Shown here in pieces: positions 14,832 to 20,000 of a DNA stretch of 20,000 nucleotides. The translations under genes were made by a program, and so were the position numbers. The notes beneath the pieces were generated by a model. The model was not told the DNA's origin. It made no database searches and saw only the letters and a program-made list of their open reading frames with translations. Source of the DNA: an uncultured virus (IMG/VR IMGVR_UViG_3300002072_000002) (lineage: Duplodnaviria > Heunggongvirae > Uroviricota > Caudoviricetes). How positions within the stretch are numbered: the stretch's first letter is position 1; each line of letters begins with the position of its first letter. Location: the IMG/VR virus record IMGVR_UViG_3300002072_000002. One strand, 5' to 3'.

Positions 14832-17822
14832 TTACGCTTCATCACAGCACGTCAATGCGGGCTTGCCGCTTGGCGTTATCACGATCTTGCCGGTTGTCGA
14901 GCAGTAGCGCAGGTGCAGGCCCTCGGTGCAGTTCGAGTTGAGCCGCGCCACTCGCGTATAGAACCGACTTCGTAGGTCAACACATGTCGGCCCACTCGGG
15001 TAGAGCGATGTTATCGCCGCCTGCCCTTTCGTATTCACCGCCTCGAAGATGAAGTCTCCGAGATCGTCTGCATATACCGGCAAGCCGCCGTCCTCGCCAG
15101 CCGACCCGCCGCGTAGATCCTCAGTGACGACCCCGCTAGCGTCCGGAACAAACACCCCACCATCTTCTTTCCACGCCACTCCATAAACCTGCCCCCGAAA
15201 CCGCTTGTATGAACCTGTCGGCAGGAGTCCGCATCCTGGCACGATGTTGAAGTAGCGCGGCATGATGCTGAGCCCGACCGTTATCACGTCGTCAACCGGC
15301 TCGTAGACCCCGCCGCGCAGGAACGCGATCAGACAATGCTCGCCAACGAGGTCTGTTCCGAACGTTCCAGGAGTGATAGTCACCGCGCCGTTCACGTCGT
15401 ACTTCGTGGCGTCCGGGTCGCCGTCTGTGAGAGTGTAGTCATCAAGCGGATAGCCCAACCCTAAGCCTGCGAACCGACTCAGCCTCCAGTAGTGGTAGTC
15501 GTAGTACGGATTCGCGGTGTGGCTTGGGTCGATATACAGATCGTCGTTGACCTCGACAACGTAGCCCGCCATCAGCTCCCACACCACTGCCCCATCAATC
15601 ACGAGGAAGCCCTTCCGAATGGCGGACACCTTGTCAACCCGCTCGGAGTCCACGTATATCTCCCCGCTGTCGTGCCAAGCGAAGTCAGTCATTTCGCAGG
15701 AGTCGTTCCACGGCCCGGATGGAGGCACGACATAGAACTTGGCGAACCCGCCTTCGAGCGCGGTCTTGCGGTAGAGGTAGACAGACTCGAAATCGTATGT
15801 GCAGTCAGGGGTAGGGCAGTCGATCTTAACGCTCTTGACGCGGCCCACGCCCCAACCGGCGTCCATCTCCCAATCGTAACTCGCGTCTGCGAGCCGAACC
15901 CCGCCCGCGCCCGAACGGTCAAGCGGCAATTCCTTCTCTATGAGGCTCTGCTGCAACCCGTCCCCGCCGGTCGTGGCGTCGGGCTTGCACAGGTCGATAA
16001 GCGTTGTCTGCGGCCCCGTGCCTACTGCCGTGAGGTTCCACGAATGCTTGCCCAAGTGCAGGACAGCAATGGCGCCATTGACACTCGCCTGCCAGCAGAC
16101 CTTAGCGAAGCGCGTTCCGGTCATGCGTATGTTGGTATCAAGAGTCGCAGTATCCTCTATCTTCGCGTTCGTTATCCCTGCCGCCACTACGACGTGTCGC
16201 TTGCCAGATACCACGGAGGATGTGCAGGCGGTGTCTGCCCACGTGATCGCCGCATTCGTGAACACAAGCGGGGTCGCTACCAGACCCGGCGCGTGGAGCG
16301 TCAACGTCAACGCTTCCTCGTGATCAAGCCTCTCATCGCCGGCCACGAGCGGGATGTTATCATAATGCTCCAAGCCGGCAGAGGGGAATGCCGCCCACGC
16401 AGGCTCTTTGAGCGTCCCATCCAGCACTCCGGGCATAGACAGATCGCCGTGCGCGAGATATTCCCCCGCCCACGGCCCAACGTCCTCATAGTGCTCGTCA
16501 GGTTCATATCCGCCGTAGAGGTATCCCCAGAGCGAGCCGCCCATAGTCGGCTGCGGGTGAAAGTCGATCTTGCCGGTATACGCAATCGAGCATTCGGTNG
16601 TCATCAGCAGTTCGGCGCCGTAAGGCCACTCAACCAGGCTATTGTAGTAGTTATAGCGGAAGCCACTCGGCGGCGTCCAAGGCCCAATCACGGGATCGCA
16701 TTCCTCGAACGGGGTATCCGTGAACGCCGAATGCCGTTCGTGTGTCTGCAAGTCAACAGGCGAGCGGTCTACCTCGTCCATGTTTTTGATATCTTGGGCA
16801 TAGCTTATCGGGTAAGGTCCAATGGAATCCACGAACGAACAGCCGAACTGCGCGTTGTAGCCGCTTGGCCCAGCCGTAGGCCAATACCCCATTGCCAGAC
16901 CTCCCGCTATCNAAAACGTGCCGTTGCCCATCTNGAAAGAAACTTCACCTGCGGTAGAACCTACACTATCCTCCCAATGACCCCACATCGAACCCTCTCC
17001 AGACTCTTGGCCTTCTACGCCTACTATCCACGTCGAGCCCAACACTATATCATCAAGCGGGTAGCTCTGTGTATATGCGCGGCTCTGCGAACAAACATTG
17101 TTGGGAGATCGGGTGTAGACTCCATCCGTTACGGCCTCGAAGCCAGGACTATTCCATAGTGTACCCAAGCACCGCATATCGACGGAGATGCTTTCGCTGG
17201 TATCGCCATCCGCACCCGCGCCGCACTCAACATCAAACTGCCCCGAAGGGTCGGACAGAATCTCGCCATCGAGCTTGATTGTAACGTGCCAAGTGTTCAC
17301 CACGTCCTTGACGTACAACTGGCAATGGGAAAGCGGCTCAGGGATGATTCCGCCGTGAGTCATCTGGACTTCGTTGACGGCAAGATTGCTCGATACTGCC
17401 GGATAGTCCAGCATCCCGTAGCGGTGAATATCGCCGCGCACCTCTATCTCGATTCGCTTGCTGCCTTCTGATATTATCGTTCCCGGAGGAAATGGGCCGA
17501 GAGGGTATTCAGATTCAACAGGGAACTCTACATCCCAACTGCGCTCTTCATTGCTCGCTATATGCCAACCCCAGGTGTCTATCTGTTCCCAGCCGCTGTC
17601 CCATCCACGGTTGCAGTAAGCATACGCGGAAACTCCAACAGCAGCTAGCACAGCGGCAAGTGTGCCACTGGCTGTATTAGGCCAACCATCCGGGTCGGGA
17701 GCGATGTGCCCCACGTACGATGTGAATGCCTGTGAGCGTCCGTTTATTGTCGCCGCTACAGTCAGCACCTTCTCGGTCGGCTCGCCGTCTTTGAGGGCCA
17801 TCCGGTACCACTCGGCAGCCAT
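14832..17822 (-). CDS. Large virion/tail protein, about 996 aa (putative receptor-binding or tail-tip protein)
   Basis: TGATG-coupled start at 17822 (alternative GTG 17831); Gly/aromatic/acidic beta-rich sequence; last gene of the tail block. Confidence 0.75.
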   Translation of the reverse strand: MAAEWYRMALKDGEPTEKVLTVAATINGRSQAFTSYVGHIAPDPDGWPNTASGTLAAVLAAVGVSAYAYCNRGWDSGWEQIDTWGWHIASNEERSWDVEFPVESEYPLGPFPPGTIISEGSKRIEIEVRGDIHRYGMLDYPAVSSNLAVNEVQMTHGGIIPEPLSHCQLYVKDVVNTWHVTIKLDGEILSDPSGQFDVECGAGADGDTSESISVDMRCLGTLWNSPGFEAVTDGVYTRSPNNVCSQSRAYTQSYPLDDIVLGSTWIVGVEGQESGEGSMWGHWEDSVGSTAGEVSFXMGNGTFXIAGGLAMGYWPTAGPSGYNAQFGCSFVDSIGPYPISYAQDIKNMDEVDRSPVDLQTHERHSAFTDTPFEECDPVIGPWTPPSGFRYNYYNSLVEWPYGAELLMXTECSIAYTGKIDFHPQPTMGGSLWGYLYGGYEPDEHYEDVGPWAGEYLAHGDLSMPGVLDGTLKEPAWAAFPSAGLEHYDNIPLVAGDERLDHEEALTLTLHAPGLVATPLVFTNAAITWADTACTSSVVSGKRHVVVAAGITNAKIEDTATLDTNIRMTGTRFAKVCWQASVNGAIAVLHLGKHSWNLTAVGTGPQTTLIDLCKPDATTGGDGLQQSLIEKELPLDRSGAGGVRLADASYDWEMDAGWGVGRVKSVKIDCPTPDCTYDFESVYLYRKTALEGGFAKFYVVPPSGPWNDSCEMTDFAWHDSGEIYVDSERVDKVSAIRKGFLVIDGAVVWELMAGYVVEVNDDLYIDPSHTANPYYDYHYWRLSRFAGLGLGYPLDDYTLTDGDPDATKYDVNGAVTITPGTFGTDLVGEHCLIAFLRGGVYEPVDDVITVGLSIMPRYFNIVPGCGLLPTGSYKRFRGQVYGVAWKEDGGVFVPDASGVVTEDLRGGSAGEDGGLPVYADDLGDFIFEAVNTKGQAAITSLYPSGPTCVDLRSRFYTRVARLNSNCTEGLHLRYCSTTGKIVITPSGKPALTCCDEA

Positions 17823-17971
17823 CAACCACACCGCCTAGACTTCGTGCCACATCGCGGGCAGGGCAGCACGGGGGTCTGCGCGGCCTTTGCCAGAATCTCA
17901 GAGGCTTCGAGCTTCAGCGCATCCGTGATCGGGAACCGACCGCATTTCGAGCACCGATACCAAACGCTCAT
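17822..17971 (-). CDS. Small zinc-ribbon protein, 49 aa
   Basis: Not in the ORF track. MSVWYRCSKCGRFPITDALKLEASEILAKAAQTPVLPCPRCGTKSRRCG; coupled to neighbours at both ends. Confidence 0.7.
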   Translation of the reverse strand: MSVWYRCSKCGRFPITDALKLEASEILAKAAQTPVLPCPRCGTKSRRCG

Positions 17972-18747
17972 ACCGGCACGCACTCCAGGGCGTCGGCCCA
18001 GATTACATAGTCGTCAGGTGCGTCAGAAGTCAGTTCGCCGGCCTTGTTATAGGCCATCCTGCTATGTCCAAACGAATAATAACCGGTGCTTCCATCCAGG
18101 TAAAAGCGAACATCAGTGACGACGTGCCGAGAATACGGCGTGAATGTAGCCACCACATTATCCTCTACCCCAGGCCATACGACAAGCCCAAGGATCATGA
18201 CATCAACAACCTCCCATTTTGCTGGGTCTGTGCCAGGGACGTTCCCTGCATTCCAATTACCCTCGCCGACCATGAGTGATTCGTAGACAGTCATCTGGAA
18301 CGGTGTGCCGTGCATAACCTGATCGCCAAAAGAATATTGGTATGTTTCGTCCCACTCGACGGGATACCCGCCACCTTGGTCGGCAGGCACGACGGTTATC
18401 AGTGTCCACGGCGGAGTCGTGTCCGGCGGAGTCGTGACCGTATTGGCGACTGAGCACTCGTAGATATAGTGGTAGGTGGCGCCGGATGGTTTGTACACCA
18501 CTCGCTCGCCCGACCGGTAGATTCGAGTGTTCAGCCACAAAGGGTACAGTTCATTGACGATCCCGCCATTGTCGACGACAGCCGCTGCTATTCGACCGCC
18601 TGCCACTACTTTGGTTGGCTTCGCGTGGATGGAGACGCCGCCGGGGGTCCGCTGAACCATAATGCCAACTCCGCCCTGGATGTTCTCCATCGCGGTTTGG
18701 CGCCGCTCCAAAGCCCTGATTCGCGCTTCCTCGCGTGGCGTTAACAT
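17968..18747 (-). CDS. Tail-associated protein with two CBM5/12-like carbohydrate-binding modules
   Basis: W....IY..GERV.Y......Y.C...N...PP....W and W.....Y..GDQV.H......Y......N.GN.P......W repeats. Confidence 0.8.
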   Translation of the reverse strand: MLTPREEARIRALERRQTAMENIQGGVGIMVQRTPGGVSIHAKPTKVVAGGRIAAAVVDNGGIVNELYPLWLNTRIYRSGERVVYKPSGATYHYIYECSVANTVTTPPDTTPPWTLITVVPADQGGGYPVEWDETYQYSFGDQVMHGTPFQMTVYESLMVGEGNWNAGNVPGTDPAKWEVVDVMILGLVVWPGVEDNVVATFTPYSRHVVTDVRFYLDGSTGYYSFGHSRMAYNKAGELTSDAPDDYVIWADALECVPV

Positions 18748-19730
18748 CAGCTTGGCTCCGGTATGTCGAGATCGGTTGTGAAGTCGGCTTCCTCGTAGTA
18801 GGGCGCCTCGGCTGTATCGACCATCATGTCCCAGCCGCCGATGCCCGCGGGGTTCGTCAAGTCCGCCGCCGCTTTCGAGTCTCCGCAGAATTGGTTCAGC
18901 GTGACCGGATCGCCGGACTGTGGATGGTCTCGGGCGATTATGGTCCCAAGAGCGGTGTGCATTGCGTCCGTGTAGTCTGGGTAGGCAACCGGGTCCAGAT
19001 CAAGTAGCGGGATGTGATATTTTGCCTCTAACTCATCCGTATGCCACGTCAAAGGATTATTTTGCGCGTCGAGTTTCTGCTCGGGCGGTCGCCAGAAATA
19101 GTTGTGAGCGTCCTCGCCGGTTGTGGCCCGACTGCGCTTGATGGAAAACTTGTAGATCACGCCCGAGGAAAGGATGTTGCCCTCGGCGTCGATGGAGTTG
19201 TCCGCACTCGCACCGAGGAATAATACGCAGCCTTTCGCGAACCCCTGGAACTCGGCATTGTTCACCTTTCCCATGCAGCTGACCACGGCGTCGTACGGAG
19301 GCATATCGCGGCGCACCTTGCCGGTCAGAAGAGCGACGGGGACTTGGAATGCCACTTTGTCCTTGACGTAGTTCCGTCCAGTCAGCCATCTCCAGCCAGT
19401 ATCGTCCGGGCCGGGCTCCATGCTCAGGTCCAGACTCCACTCGCAATAGGCTTCCTCGTGTTCGCTGCCTCGCCTGCCCTCGGTAGAGTATTGCGCGGTG
19501 TATTCGCACTCGAAGCCATTACCCTCGTCGGCATCAACGCTCACGCACCGGAGATAACTCTGCGGCATCCCGCCCGGATCTACCCACGGATCGCCAACAA
19601 CCGGCAAGAGTGAGTCAGTGAGCGGCGCGGGGTCAACGTCTGCCCAGTCGCACAGATAGACGATGGTTCCCGTGGTCCCCTTGTTATCGTTATGGAGCTT
19701 TCGCCTTGTGCGTTCTCCGTAGATTGGCAT
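18747..19730 (-). CDS. Putative tail structural protein, 327 aa
   Basis: Long beta-rich ORF directly downstream of the probable tape measure; the function call is positional only. Confidence 0.65.
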   Translation of the reverse strand: MPIYGERTRRKLHNDNKGTTGTIVYLCDWADVDPAPLTDSLLPVVGDPWVDPGGMPQSYLRCVSVDADEGNGFECEYTAQYSTEGRRGSEHEEAYCEWSLDLSMEPGPDDTGWRWLTGRNYVKDKVAFQVPVALLTGKVRRDMPPYDAVVSCMGKVNNAEFQGFAKGCVLFLGASADNSIDAEGNILSSGVIYKFSIKRSRATTGEDAHNYFWRPPEQKLDAQNNPLTWHTDELEAKYHIPLLDLDPVAYPDYTDAMHTALGTIIARDHPQSGDPVTLNQFCGDSKAAADLTNPAGIGGWDMMVDTAEAPYYEEADFTTDLDIPEPS

Positions 19731-19742
19731 TGCGTTACCCCG

Positions 19743-20000
19743 TTAGAATGTCGACGCTGGAGTCGGATTCAGCTTGCTCAGTGTCCGGTCGATATTCTGC
19801 AGCGTCGCGACCAAACCGGACTTCAATAGGAGTCGATCAATGAGCGTCGCGTCTTTCGCGTTCACTATGGCGTCAAGAGCGGCGATTGGGCCGCCGACAC
19901 CGATTTGCTGCTCCGCGTACGCCTGCATCGCTGCCTGATCTTTCATTCCTTGCCTGACTTTTTCGGCGGCGGATCGTACGTTTGTGGCAGTCATATCGCC
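19743..20000 (-). CDS. C-terminus of a helical protein, probably tail tape measure (5' truncated)
   Basis: Frame is open to the window edge; Ala/Gln-rich helices ending L.NID..L; position in the tail block. Confidence 0.5.
   Translation of the reverse strand, partial: GDMTATNVRSAAEKVRQGMKDQAAMQAYAEQQIGVGGPIAALDAIVNAKDATLIDRLLLKSGLVATLQNIDRTLSKLNPTPASTF

Noticed and set aside
15492..17159. 555-aa ORF on the + strand
   Set aside because: Antisense shadow of the large tail gene; Arg-rich with no motifs.
1..20000. CRISPR array, DGR template/variable repeats, integrase/att site, stop-codon recoding
   Set aside because: No spaced direct repeats, reverse transcriptase, integrase or long near-identical repeat seen by eye; genes tile densely under the standard code using all three stops.

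Overview
A 20-kb piece of a tailed dsDNA phage or prophage genome (GC-rich, 21 ambiguous N bases), arranged as two convergent gene blocks. The + strand block (1-12740) is a tightly coupled early/middle operon: a sigma70-type promoter and a small ribbon-helix-helix regulator, a string of small ORFs, a tRNA-like element (1918-2038), a recombination module (SMC/Rad50-like ATPase, RecE/DUF3799-like PD-(D/E)XK nuclease, Sak4-like ATPase), a large acidic repeat protein, Cys-rich proteins, DUF4031, a radical SAM enzyme and a RuvC-like resolvase. The - strand block (20000-12825) is the end of a late operon: probable tape-measure C-terminus, tail proteins (one with two CBM5/12-like modules, one of about 996 aa), then a structured leader and a lysis cassette with an NlpC/P60 endolysin. 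The strongest oddities are the aberrant tRNA-like RNA, the switch-like RNA plus mini-ORF in front of the lysis genes, an outer-membrane-protein-like gene inside the lysis cassette, and a recurring HicB-like domain. All family assignments come from motif recognition by eye; no searches were run.
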